Shown here in pieces: positions 17,183 to 25,778 of a stretch of DNA of 33,392 nt. Location of the stretch: the NCBI GenBank assembly GCA_040381635.1, contig JBEIHA010000001.1:1-33392 (forward strand), read 5' to 3'. Position 1 is the stretch's first letter. Every line of letters begins with the position of its first letter. Under the pieces are notes generated by a model. That model worked only from the letters and a program-made list of their open reading frames with translations. It did not search any database and was not told the DNA's origin. This stretch comes from Pseudobdellovibrionaceae bacterium. GTDB taxonomy: Bacteria > Bdellovibrionota > Bdellovibrionia > Bdellovibrionales > UBA1609. The translations under genes and the position numbers were made by a program.

Positions 17183-19120
17183 ATGAGGAACGCCGTTAAA
17201 GTCCTGATAGTGGATGATGACAAAGCCAGCGGCAATACGCTTGCGGAGGTCGTCAAGCGATTAGGCTTCAAACCAGTTATTACGAACAAGCCCGCCGACG
17301 CTTTGAACGTCGTGCGTCTGCAAACGGTGCACGCCGCGCTCGTTGACGTTCTGTTACCTAAAATGAGCGGCGTGGACCTCGTTACCGAATTCCGCAAAAC
17401 TAAATTTGCCGAAAACCCGGTGATCTTCGTGAGCGGCGTATTCAAAGACAGAGCCTTCGCCAGCGACGCGATGAAAAAAACCAACGCGGTCGATTTTCTA
17501 TTTAAACCCTTCGGTAATGATGAGCTTACTCAAGCTCTGCGAAAAGCGCTTGGACCACTTTTAGTTTCGGAAAGATGGAGCGTGCAGTCGCTTCTTACTC
17601 GCGCACTGAAGCAGCCGCGCGAGCGCGCTAAGGCTATCGAACATCTTGAGCAAATCAAAGGCTTAGATTTTCCATTCGTGTTGGCATTCTTGCTCGACGC
17701 CGGAGTGTCGGGACACTTGAACATCGTTAATGATTTGGGCGAAATCTTCGGCGTTACCTTAAGTAAAGGCTGCATCACCGAAGTGGACAGCACGGAAAGT
17801 CAGTCGACGGCGGTTCTGGCGTTGATATCCAATGGCTATCTGGCGCAAGAGGATTGGGATGACTACCAGTCCAACGGAAACAAACGTTTTCCCTTAGAGC
17901 GCTTAGTGCAAGAGGGCTACGTTAGCCCGCACGCGGTTAATGTCGCGAAGCGCGAGCAGATCGTTTATGATTTCAAAGCCATTTGCACGGCTCAGATGCT
18001 ACAGTTGAATTTCGTGCCGCAAGAAGACGGCGAAGAAATTCCAAAACACGCGGTTCGCATTGGTGAACTTATGGCCGTGTTTGCTTTTTCAATGAATGAA
18101 TTTTTTAATCAGGCCTACTTAAGCGAATTCTATTCGCCGACTATCCGCAGCCCGATGCAGTTTGGTCGTGGTCTGGAGGAAGCTACCGCGCTGCTCGGCT
18201 CGCACGTGTTTTCGGGCGTTGCCAACATGAAACAACACATCGAAAAAAATGGAACCCTGGAAGGATATTTGGCCGCGAATCCTTCGCAAGTGGAATTGGC
18301 GTACCACGCTCTTCACCTTCTTGTGTTGAATGGCATGATCGTCTTCGACGACATAAACAAAGCTCGCGACTTAACGAACTCGGTCGAGCGCTACAAAAAA
18401 CTATGGGCCGAACTTCAAGGCCGTCCGCCTGATAAGGTATTTGAATACTTCGGGGCAAGTCCCAATGCCAGCTCCTCGGTGTTGACGAATATTTTTGAAG
18501 AATACGTTAAATCGAACAACCCGGATGGCTTGCCAAAAGACGCAACTCCGGATTTGATCGAAACTTGCCGTAAGTGCTTCGAACTTGTGAAGAATGCACA
18601 CATGGTCATGACCGACGAATCCAAGCGCGTTATGTTTTTCGAAGACATGAAGCGCCGGAGTGCTGACAACGTAAAGAAGTCGAACAAACTGGCGGCGGAA
18701 GGTTTGGATTTGCTGCGCAAGGGTCAGTTCGGTCCCGCTCTGGCAAAAGTGAAAGAAGCCGAATCGCTTCATCCGACGTCACTTCAATTTTTGATTCAAG
18801 TGTGGGCCGAGATAAAGGCAGGTGCCGCGTCCGACAAGCCACGTCTGCTCGAAATGTCCAAGAAGCTCGATACAATGCCAGCCGATGATCGCAAGTCCGC
18901 TTACTACTTTATGGCGCTAGGCCTAGTGAAAAAATGTTTGGGTGATTCAAGTGCCCCCGGTTTTTTCGAAAAGGCTCTGCAGTTAGATTCGCTTTTCGTG
19001 GAAGCCCGTCGCGAACTGAATTCGTTAACGACCAGTGCCCCGAAGAAAGAGAAGATCGATCTCTTTACCGGCGATATCACCGAAATCGTCAGTCAATTAT
19101 TCAAAAGAAAAGCAGAATAG
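17183..19120 (+). CDS. Response regulator: REC - DUF4388-like - J-like domain (NPD instead of HPD) - TPR repeats
   Basis: REC motifs are VLIVDDD, ALVDVLLPKMSG, IFVSGV and FLFKPF. The DUF4388-like stretch is IKGLDFPFVLAFLLDAGVSGHLNIV..GEIFGVTLSKGCI. The J-domain-like stretch is FEYFGASPNASSSVLTNIFEEYVKSNNPDG...CFELVKNAHMVMTDESKR. The TPR-like C-terminus contains AEGLDLLRKGQFGPALAKVKEAESLHP and YYFMALGLVKK..FFEKALQLD. Confidence 0.65.
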   Translation: MRNAVKVLIVDDDKASGNTLAEVVKRLGFKPVITNKPADALNVVRLQTVHAALVDVLLPKMSGVDLVTEFRKTKFAENPVIFVSGVFKDRAFASDAMKKTNAVDFLFKPFGNDELTQALRKALGPLLVSERWSVQSLLTRALKQPRERAKAIEHLEQIKGLDFPFVLAFLLDAGVSGHLNIVNDLGEIFGVTLSKGCITEVDSTESQSTAVLALISNGYLAQEDWDDYQSNGNKRFPLERLVQEGYVSPHAVNVAKREQIVYDFKAICTAQMLQLNFVPQEDGEEIPKHAVRIGELMAVFAFSMNEFFNQAYLSEFYSPTIRSPMQFGRGLEEATALLGSHVFSGVANMKQHIEKNGTLEGYLAANPSQVELAYHALHLLVLNGMIVFDDINKARDLTNSVERYKKLWAELQGRPPDKVFEYFGASPNASSSVLTNIFEEYVKSNNPDGLPKDATPDLIETCRKCFELVKNAHMVMTDESKRVMFFEDMKRRSADNVKKSNKLAAEGLDLLRKGQFGPALAKVKEAESLHPTSLQFLIQVWAEIKAGAASDKPRLLEMSKKLDTMPADDRKSAYYFMALGLVKKCLGDSSAPGFFEKALQLDSLFVEARRELNSLTTSAPKKEKIDLFTGDITEIVSQLFKRKAE

Positions 19121-19122
19121 AT

Positions 19123-19851
19123 TTAGGCGCGTGATGAGTCGCGTGCCTCAAGAAGTTTGCGCACGTTTTGCCGCAATATAGCTTCTAAAACTTGATATTC
19201 ATGTTGAGTCGGTTGGTTCGCCATAAACAATCTTCTTAAAGTGGTGTAGGCGCTCGCCCTTCGCGCGTCGATATCAAAACCCATGGCGGTCAGCCATTCC
19301 TTGATCAATTCATCGGGAAAGTAGAAAGGTGCTAAGGGCGTTTCTTGCGCACCCGTCATTTGCGCCACATTCGCCGGGAATTGCTCGCGAATTATGAAAC
19401 AAGCTAGTAAAACCGCTTGTGCTAAGTTGAGAGAGGAAAATTCGCCATGCACTGGAAGATGACAAGCAAAGTTGACGTAGGCCAAGTCCTCCGCGTCCAG
19501 ACCATCGGCTTCGGGACCAAAAATCAAATAAAGATTCGTGGGCGCGGTGGCTTTCAGTTCGGTGGCCTTTTCGGCGAGCGGAAAAAGCTTGCGTTGCTTT
19601 CCGCCTCGCCGAGTGAGCGCAATGCGCACGCCATCGCCTTCGGCTTTATAGAAGTCGGCCCAAGAGTCATAACGAACGGCATCGGCCAAGCGGCTGGCCA
19701 CACCTGCCGCCATCTGCCTGGCCTTAGAATCTAGCTCGCAGCGGGGATCGATCAAGATCAATCGCTCTCCGCCCATATTGGCGAGCGCGCGTAGGGCCGC
19801 GCCAATGTTACTGGAGTACTCTGTGCGGACCAGCACGACGTGAATTTTCAT
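19123..19851 (-). CDS. SpoU/TrmH-family RNA 2'-O-methyltransferase (TrmJ-like)
   Basis: The N-terminus MKIHVVLVRTEYSSNIGAALRALANMG and the C-terminal knot region LIFGPEADGL..SLNLAQAV are typical. ATGA start/stop overlap with the upstream hydroxylase gene. Confidence 0.8.
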   Translation of the reverse strand: MKIHVVLVRTEYSSNIGAALRALANMGGERLILIDPRCELDSKARQMAAGVASRLADAVRYDSWADFYKAEGDGVRIALTRRGGKQRKLFPLAEKATELKATAPTNLYLIFGPEADGLDAEDLAYVNFACHLPVHGEFSSLNLAQAVLLACFIIREQFPANVAQMTGAQETPLAPFYFPDELIKEWLTAMGFDIDARRASAYTTLRRLFMANQPTQHEYQVLEAILRQNVRKLLEARDSSRA

Positions 19852-21617
19852 AAGGGCTGGCGGGCCAGGCGCAATCCATCGTCAATGCATTGCCGCACGT
19901 GGACAGGTACGCCTCCCGAAAGCTTTTTTAGCAGAGGTGCGATTTCAGAATCAGGCAGATTTGATGCGTAGGCGACCTCGACCAGTTCTAATCCGGCCAG
20001 CCATGGCAGGTCGTCTTTAGCCAAGAATTTCTTGGCAAGTTTCTGCCACTGGGTCACGGGCGCCGATGCGTTCGCCATCGATTTTTCTCTTAGATCGCGG
20101 GTTTCTTGAAAAAAGCTGAAGCGTTCTTTTTCTTGAAGAGTACTTTGTCGAAGTGGCACACGTTTGTTTGCGAAGCCGTCGGTCTCACCGAAAAGGCTGC
20201 GATCGGCAGGCCCACCAAAAACAGAAGTGACCTCGGATCCAACGGCCATATCGTACGCACCCCAACCAGGCTCGAACAAAACTTTGTCATCCAAAGACAC
20301 CGTACAATCGCTCCAGGTGAGGAGCACCAGGCGGCTTTCATGGTAAATCCAACCGTCAAGAATGCCTTCGACCAAGACGCCGGATTCGAATTGCAGGCGC
20401 GCACGCTCGCCAGGATTGAGCGCCAAATTACGCAATTCTTTTTCATTGTATCTAGAAAGGCAGCGACTGTGATTGCGCAAGAACCCTAAAGGAGACGAAA
20501 AACCTTGCGGATGCCGTGAAGTGCCCTGTCCCGGCATCTCCTTGGAATCCAGCGCCAACTGACAGGGTCCATCAAATTGAAGGTAGGCCACCTTTTCAGA
20601 GGCGGTCGCCTGATTCTGACTTTGATCCAAAATGTAACTCTTAAGCGTGCCCGAGATCTGTAAACCGGAATCTAGCTGCACCGTATTCACGGTTTTCGAC
20701 TCCGCGGCACGATCCAGCCCGAAAGCCCCGCCCCTTCGGTAACTTAAGCGTAGGGCTAGATCTTCCAGCACTTCACCAAGATGAGTGAAGTCTTTTGCCA
20801 CGAAAAGTTGCGGCTGCTGTTCGGTGATATCATAGGAAAAATTCACGCAGTCGACCGACAGCGGGATCTTCTTCACCTTTTCGCCAAGGCAATTCTTAGC
20901 TTCGCCAACCGATGATAATATTCCGGCACCAAAAATTTTTGGTTGTTCTACACTGCCGATCAGGCCGTACTCGGCCGTCCACCAATTCATGCGCGAAAGA
21001 AGTGCGGCCTCAGAGACATTGTCGAGCCCATCGTTGATTTGCTGCAGTTGTTTTTCGGCGCGGGCGATTTCTTCTTTTGTTGAGCGCGGGTCTTCCTTTA
21101 TGTCACTGAGCACGCGAATGGCTTCGTACTGGTCCATATCTTGTTTGCTGATGATCGCGTGCCTGGCGACTTCGCCATACTGTCGTAAATAGGAGGCGTA
21201 CTCGGGATCGGCCAAGATGGGCGCATGTCCTGCCGCTTCATGCACAATGTCGGGCGCCGGTGTGTACAAAAGATGATCAAGGGTGCGCATGTCGCTGGCG
21301 ATCGGCAAAACGCCGATGCTCTGAAATTCCATAAAAGCGGCCGGGGGAATAAAGCCGCTGACGGGCACGGCTCCCCAGCCGAAACCGTTTAGCTTGCGGT
21401 CGATCTCTTCGATTTCGGGGATACGGTCAATGGTGATCCCCGTTTTTTCCAAGCCCACGAGATAGGACGGGTGAGCGTGCCGCGTGAGATAATCTTTCAG
21501 CTGACGCATAATAAAGCGCCATACGGCTTGGTCTTCCGGAGTGTAGCGTGCGTAGTTTTGCTCGACGACATACTTTAGGAGATGGGGTGGAATTTTCGCA
21601 TGCGTGGTCTCGGTCAT
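19848..21617 (-). CDS. Long-form aromatic amino acid hydroxylase (phenylalanine-4-hydroxylase-like catalytic domain plus ~280 aa C-terminal extension)
   Basis: The iron-ligand context is PDIVHEAAGHAPIL (HxxxxH) and WWTAEYGL (Glu), as in PAH-family enzymes. The ATG at 21617 forms an ATGA overlap with the hldD stop, so I prefer it over the ORF start at 21683. Confidence 0.8.
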   Translation of the reverse strand: MTETTHAKIPPHLLKYVVEQNYARYTPEDQAVWRFIMRQLKDYLTRHAHPSYLVGLEKTGITIDRIPEIEEIDRKLNGFGWGAVPVSGFIPPAAFMEFQSIGVLPIASDMRTLDHLLYTPAPDIVHEAAGHAPILADPEYASYLRQYGEVARHAIISKQDMDQYEAIRVLSDIKEDPRSTKEEIARAEKQLQQINDGLDNVSEAALLSRMNWWTAEYGLIGSVEQPKIFGAGILSSVGEAKNCLGEKVKKIPLSVDCVNFSYDITEQQPQLFVAKDFTHLGEVLEDLALRLSYRRGGAFGLDRAAESKTVNTVQLDSGLQISGTLKSYILDQSQNQATASEKVAYLQFDGPCQLALDSKEMPGQGTSRHPQGFSSPLGFLRNHSRCLSRYNEKELRNLALNPGERARLQFESGVLVEGILDGWIYHESRLVLLTWSDCTVSLDDKVLFEPGWGAYDMAVGSEVTSVFGGPADRSLFGETDGFANKRVPLRQSTLQEKERFSFFQETRDLREKSMANASAPVTQWQKLAKKFLAKDDLPWLAGLELVEVAYASNLPDSEIAPLLKKLSGGVPVHVRQCIDDGLRLARQPL

Positions 21618-22600
21618 AATGCCGGGTCCGGTTTCTTTAAATAATTTTCGACGTAGTCCGCGATGCCTTTTTCGAGTGGCCACTGCGGGCGCGAAAGATT
21701 TTCAGAGAACAGACGATCCATTTTTGCTTCGGTAAAATATTGGTATTGATTGCGGATATTGACCGGCACATCAATCCAATCAATTTGCATCGGCTGGCCC
21801 GCAGCCACGAAAACATTTTTGGCGAGATCCAACCAAGTGCGGGCTTCGCCGTAACCCATATTGTAGATGCCCGAGCGAATTTTGACCGGATTCTTAAACA
21901 TTTCGTGCATCCAGCGGGTGATGTCTTTCACGTAAACAAAATCTCGCAGCTGTTCGCCATCTTTGTACTGGGGATTGTGCGAACGAAAGAGGCGAAGCTT
22001 TCCATTTTCCTTGATTTGTTGAAAGGCTTTGTACACCACGCTCGACATCTCGCCTTTATGGTATTCGTTCGGGCCATAGACATTGAAGAAACGAAGACCG
22101 AACCAATTCGGCGGAGTTTCTTTTTGTTGAAGAGCCCAAATATCAAAATTCAGTTTCGACCAGCCGTAAGGATTCAAAGGCTTGAATTGAGAAGGATCGG
22201 AAGAGTCGTCAAAGCCCAACTGACCGTCACCGTAGGTTGCGCCCGAGCTGGCGTAGATAAAAGGTTTCTTCTTTCGCGTGCAGAATTCCCACAGTTTCTG
22301 AGTGTACTCCACATTGTTTTTACGTAAATACTCCACGTCCATTTCGGTGGTGGTGGAGCACGCACCCATGTGGACAATGCCTTCGACAGTGTAGGCCTGG
22401 GTGGGATCATTCAACCAATCAAAGAGTTCATTGGCTGGAACAAATTCGTTGAATTGGCGATTCGTCAGAAGTTGTGGCCGCGCGGAGGGGGCCACGTGAT
22501 CGCTCAAAAGCAAATCGCTCATTCCACGTTGGTTGAATTCCCAAACCATGGCACTTCCAATAAAACCGGTCGCTCCCGTGACTATCCACATGGCTTTCAA
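21614..22600 (-). CDS. hldD: ADP-L-glycero-D-manno-heptose 6-epimerase
   Basis: It aligns along its length with E. coli HldD/RfaD (IVTGATGFIGS, HMGACSTTTE, PFIYASSGATYG, NPYGWSKLNFD, FRFFNVYGPNEYHKGEMSSV, RDFVYVKD). The start could instead be the ATG at 22591. Confidence 0.85.
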   Translation of the reverse strand: MKAMWIVTGATGFIGSAMVWEFNQRGMSDLLLSDHVAPSARPQLLTNRQFNEFVPANELFDWLNDPTQAYTVEGIVHMGACSTTTEMDVEYLRKNNVEYTQKLWEFCTRKKKPFIYASSGATYGDGQLGFDDSSDPSQFKPLNPYGWSKLNFDIWALQQKETPPNWFGLRFFNVYGPNEYHKGEMSSVVYKAFQQIKENGKLRLFRSHNPQYKDGEQLRDFVYVKDITRWMHEMFKNPVKIRSGIYNMGYGEARTWLDLAKNVFVAAGQPMQIDWIDVPVNIRNQYQYFTEAKMDRLFSENLSRPQWPLEKGIADYVENYLKKPDPAL

Positions 22601-22642
22601 AATAGGGGATTTGGGGCATTAACTCAAGTGCTGCGAGACCTA

Positions 22643-24475
22643 TTAAATGTCTTCGCGAAAGCCGTGAACGACCGAGAGGAAACTGCGCACAATAGGGTGG
22701 GCGGCTGCCGAATTTAAGGCTCGATGAGCAAAATCGGGGTTTAAGGTCTGAGCATTGATCAAATCGTCGATCGCCTTTTGCAATTGGTTGTCCGTCAAAC
22801 CACGGCGTCGGCAGCGCAAGATCTCGTCCACGATATGGATGAGGGCGTTGCCGGTGATGCGAGCGTCGTGATTGATAAGTACGGCACGATCTTTGACCAC
22901 CTTGGTGGTTTTGCTCCAGGTGGCGGGGGTGCTCACGCGACGTAGAACTTTGAGGTAGCATTCTTGCCATTTTGCAATTTGGCGCTCGAGATTGCGCGTA
23001 AGACGTCGGTCTTTTTTGCTGGCGCGGGTCGAAAGGATCCAACCAAAGAATTCCTTAGCCTCGACGAGGGGTGCGACCTCCATCGGGAGTCCATAGATAT
23101 AATCCGCCATCTTCGCGAGCGCGACTCGCATATTGAAGATTGCAGGGCGGTGAACGCCGTCGGCCACCTTATGCAATTTGCGGTAGGTCTTTACGCGCTC
23201 GAATTCGGAATGAATGTTGAAGAACGCTTCGACGTCACGACGATGTTTGTTCATCAACAAACGACGCAAGGGTTCAGGAAAGCCGGCCTGGTACAAGAAG
23301 CGCTCCAAGCAAGCGGTTCTGAACTGACGATCGAATTCCTTAAGCCAGGGTGATTTGGAAAAATGCCGCCAGGGTTTCTTCACTCCGGTTTGCAGAAAGT
23401 CGACCAGCTGCACGAAGGTTTGCAAAATGTCGCACGCTTTTTGGCGCTGTTCATTCAGGTTGGTCGACATGCGCTCGACATCGTCGTAACGGTATTGATC
23501 ATGTCTTAGTCCGAATTGCCGAATGCTGCCGTAATCAATGATGCCGGCGTCCGCCAATACGTTATCGCCGTCCCAATCCAACCACGCGAAGATATAGTCG
23601 CGATCCAATTTTCCGGTAAAGCTGGCGAAGTCCACGGTCAACTGCTGCAGCATTTTCGTGTAGCGATCTTTGTCCGTCGGTTTGATTTCCCAACGCTTGT
23701 TCGCGTACTGACGGTCGATCAAATAGTCGACGGAACGCTTGAGCGGTTGAATTTTGCCTTGCTTCAAAAACAAAAATAGGTGGGCCGGACGAATCAGATT
23801 CGGGGCCGCGCGGACCCCGATGCCCATGCCCTTGCCTGAATCGATGATCGCCAAGACACGTTCAGTGGGAATCCCGTTGCGGTGAAAAACCTCGGCCAGG
23901 ATGGCGGCGCCAAAGAGCTCGTCGATTTCGGCCATACCGCAGCCGTAGCCAAAATCACGATTGCCGGATTTCAGGGGCTGTCCCGCGGCGACTACGCCGG
24001 GGGCGAGTGCCGTGACTCCGGTTCCGCGGCTCGACACGTCCCACACCTGGCCTTTTGAAAAAGCCATTCCGTTCCAAATGCAGCGGCCGTCGCCACTGGT
24101 ACGGCCGGTTTTGTCGGTGTGCTGCAATTGAAGGTAACGAGTGGCCATAAATTTCTTAGGCTTAATGGTCGAAGGCGAATACTTGATGCCGTGAAGGGTG
24201 TCGTATTCGTTGATGATGCGCAAATTGAAGGTCGCTAGAATTTTCGCTTCTAATTTTTTATCAAGTTCGCCGGCATGATTCTTCGGAATGAGTCCCATCT
24301 CTTTGGCCAACTCGAAATTGAAGTAGGAAACTTGGCCGCTGGCCAACTGGCGCACGGGATACTTGATCATCCCTTCGGGAATACGATCGCCCCAGGAATG
24401 ATCTCCATCCAGTTGATCGAAAGCACCGTAATCTTCGACCGGCTTCGGTAGCCGGAGGTTTTTGGTTTCCTTCAT
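22643..24475 (-). CDS. Divergent, long (610 aa) SelO/YdiU-like kinase-fold protein (candidate protein nucleotidyltransferase)
   Basis: By-eye matches to E. coli YdiU: FNFELAKEMGLIP (cf. N..LA..LG), SGDGRCIWNG (cf. LGDGRGILLGE), WDVSSRGTGVTALAP (cf. WHLKGAGLTPYSR), AEVFHRNGIPTERVLAII (cf. SEAMHYLGIPTTRALSIV), and the catalytic region DWDGDNVLADAGIIDYGSIRQFG (cf. [23 protein letters not shown]). Confidence 0.6.
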   Translation of the reverse strand: MKETKNLRLPKPVEDYGAFDQLDGDHSWGDRIPEGMIKYPVRQLASGQVSYFNFELAKEMGLIPKNHAGELDKKLEAKILATFNLRIINEYDTLHGIKYSPSTIKPKKFMATRYLQLQHTDKTGRTSGDGRCIWNGMAFSKGQVWDVSSRGTGVTALAPGVVAAGQPLKSGNRDFGYGCGMAEIDELFGAAILAEVFHRNGIPTERVLAIIDSGKGMGIGVRAAPNLIRPAHLFLFLKQGKIQPLKRSVDYLIDRQYANKRWEIKPTDKDRYTKMLQQLTVDFASFTGKLDRDYIFAWLDWDGDNVLADAGIIDYGSIRQFGLRHDQYRYDDVERMSTNLNEQRQKACDILQTFVQLVDFLQTGVKKPWRHFSKSPWLKEFDRQFRTACLERFLYQAGFPEPLRRLLMNKHRRDVEAFFNIHSEFERVKTYRKLHKVADGVHRPAIFNMRVALAKMADYIYGLPMEVAPLVEAKEFFGWILSTRASKKDRRLTRNLERQIAKWQECYLKVLRRVSTPATWSKTTKVVKDRAVLINHDARITGNALIHIVDEILRCRRRGLTDNQLQKAIDDLINAQTLNPDFAHRALNSAAAHPIVRSFLSVVHGFREDI

Positions 24476-24550
24476 AAGTACTTATATTTTATCGGTAAGT
24501 CTGTGGATTACCTAAATTGAAACACCGGACTTTTGTCTAAATCTCGCCCT

Positions 24551-25741
24551 TCAAATGAACTTCACTTGGGTAAATCCACCCATGGGCGAAGCGAAATTAG
24601 TGACTTGTCCTTGATAGATACGAGCCACGCTCAAATGAATCTTGTCTTCGTAAACATAGAAGCGCAGATCAAACTTCCAGTTTTCGAGCACGCTGCGGGG
24701 ATCGTCGATTGGCATTTTTTGAGCCGGTTGGTAGCGCTGAATCAAGATGTCGTCCGCCATTAAGCGTTCAAAAACTTTTTTCGAAACGCTCTCGCCCCGG
24801 TATACGGATTTTCCGCCATGGGATCGTTTCGGTTTAAAAAACAATTGTCGGCGCTGCTGCCAGATCTCTTCCGTGGACGGGAAGTGAGACTTATCAAAAG
24901 TCGGAATAATCACTTTGGCGATGGCGGCCACCTCAATGTCCGTTGCCCCGGCGCTCTTTAGAAATTCAGGGTCCCCTAATTGGATCAAACGCTGCTTATC
25001 GCCCAACAAAAAATACTCAAACGGATTAGGTGAGTAGCAGGCCAAATTTTTCACGAAGCCTTCGCGCATTGCCGCATGCTCAGGATTCTCTAGGTAAAAA
25101 TCGGTAAGTCGATTGTAAACGAAGTCCACTTTCGCGCCCTGCGCGGTCAGCAGTTTACCGTCGGAAATTCTAAAGTCGCTGGCTTCACAAAACTCCGTGC
25201 CCCAGCCGAAAGATTTGAACCAATCGCGATACATCAGAAATTCCAAATACATTCTCTGTCGCGGGATATCCTCGTCGGTAATGGCGACAAGGGGAGTCGA
25301 CTGGTTTTTCTGACACAGGCCAAGTTCGTTTAAGAATGAAATCCGCAAGTGTTCCAGCGGCGCGTAGTCTTCGGCCTTGATTTGTGTGTGGGTCATATCC
25401 ATTACCGAGGACAGCATAAAACCCGAGGCATTCGTGTTCACTTCGACCAAGAAGGCATCGCCATCTTCATTGGTGTGAAAATCGTAGGCCATCAAGACAG
25501 ACTTGTTCGGTTTAGCTTCGATGCCAGGAATGACTTCAAGCTGATGCTGAAACTCAGACCGTCGCGACACCGCGTAAAGGGCACGGATCGCTTGTTCAAC
25601 GGTCGAAAGGATTTTTTTAGGAAGGCGCAATTCGAGCGGCGAAACCAAGTGATCCCAAGCGGGTTCATCAATCGATTTAAGCCCTGGCGAAAAGGCCAAG
25701 GCTCGCTCGGCAAATTGCTTGTAGAACTGATGATACGACAA
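24551..25741 (-). CDS. Circularly permuted ATP-grasp amidoligase, glutathionylspermidine-synthase/YgiC-like by motif order
   Basis: The Mg/ATP motif AYDFHTNEDGDAFLVEVNTNASG lies near the N-terminus (cf. YgiC [23 protein letters not shown]). The Lys-loop FFKPKRSHGGKSVYRG lies near the C-terminus (cf. VVKPIFSREGANV). The 396 aa length is similar to YgiC/YjfC. A TTG start is implied, since the next Met is 83 codons downstream. Confidence 0.55.
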   Translation of the reverse strand: MSYHQFYKQFAERALAFSPGLKSIDEPAWDHLVSPLELRLPKKILSTVEQAIRALYAVSRRSEFQHQLEVIPGIEAKPNKSVLMAYDFHTNEDGDAFLVEVNTNASGFMLSSVMDMTHTQIKAEDYAPLEHLRISFLNELGLCQKNQSTPLVAITDEDIPRQRMYLEFLMYRDWFKSFGWGTEFCEASDFRISDGKLLTAQGAKVDFVYNRLTDFYLENPEHAAMREGFVKNLACYSPNPFEYFLLGDKQRLIQLGDPEFLKSAGATDIEVAAIAKVIIPTFDKSHFPSTEEIWQQRRQLFFKPKRSHGGKSVYRGESVSKKVFERLMADDILIQRYQPAQKMPIDDPRSVLENWKFDLRFYVYEDKIHLSVARIYQGQVTNFASPMGGFTQVKFI

Positions 25742-25752
25742 GTGGTTCCAAA

Positions 25753-25772
25753 GGGTCGCAAACCTGCGACCC
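25753..25772 (-). terminator. Hairpin between peroxiredoxin and the ATP-grasp gene (terminator or attenuator candidate)
   Basis: On the minus strand it reads GGGTCGCA-GGTT-TGCGACCC (8-bp GC-rich stem) followed by TTTGG. It lies 6 nt after the prx stop and 11 nt before the ATP-grasp TTG start. Confidence 0.45.
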
Positions 25773-25778
25773 GCAATA

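Noticed and set aside
14819-19120. The order kinase, stand-alone REC, then REC-effector resembles the Detocs anti-phage two-component defence layout.
   Set aside because: The kinase is CheA-type with PAS sensors rather than the Detocs-type sensor kinase. The third protein has no PNP, nuclease or membrane effector domain. The neighbourhood is housekeeping with no defence-island or mobile-element context. Similarity is limited to gene order.
19848-20711. A possible fused pterin-4a-carbinolamine dehydratase (PhhB) in the hydroxylase C-terminal extension.
   Set aside because: I could not find the PCD signature (the HHP-containing motif) anywhere in the extension.
22428-23042. A 204-aa ORF, with many others (for example 7329-7970, 16121-16624, 4974-5264, 440-661, 14199-14588), lying in alternative frames or antisense to well-supported genes.
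   Set aside because: They are fully embedded in genes with strong family motifs. Their translations are low-complexity (Arg/Ser/Pro-rich) and lack RBS support. They are treated as frame-shadow ORFs.
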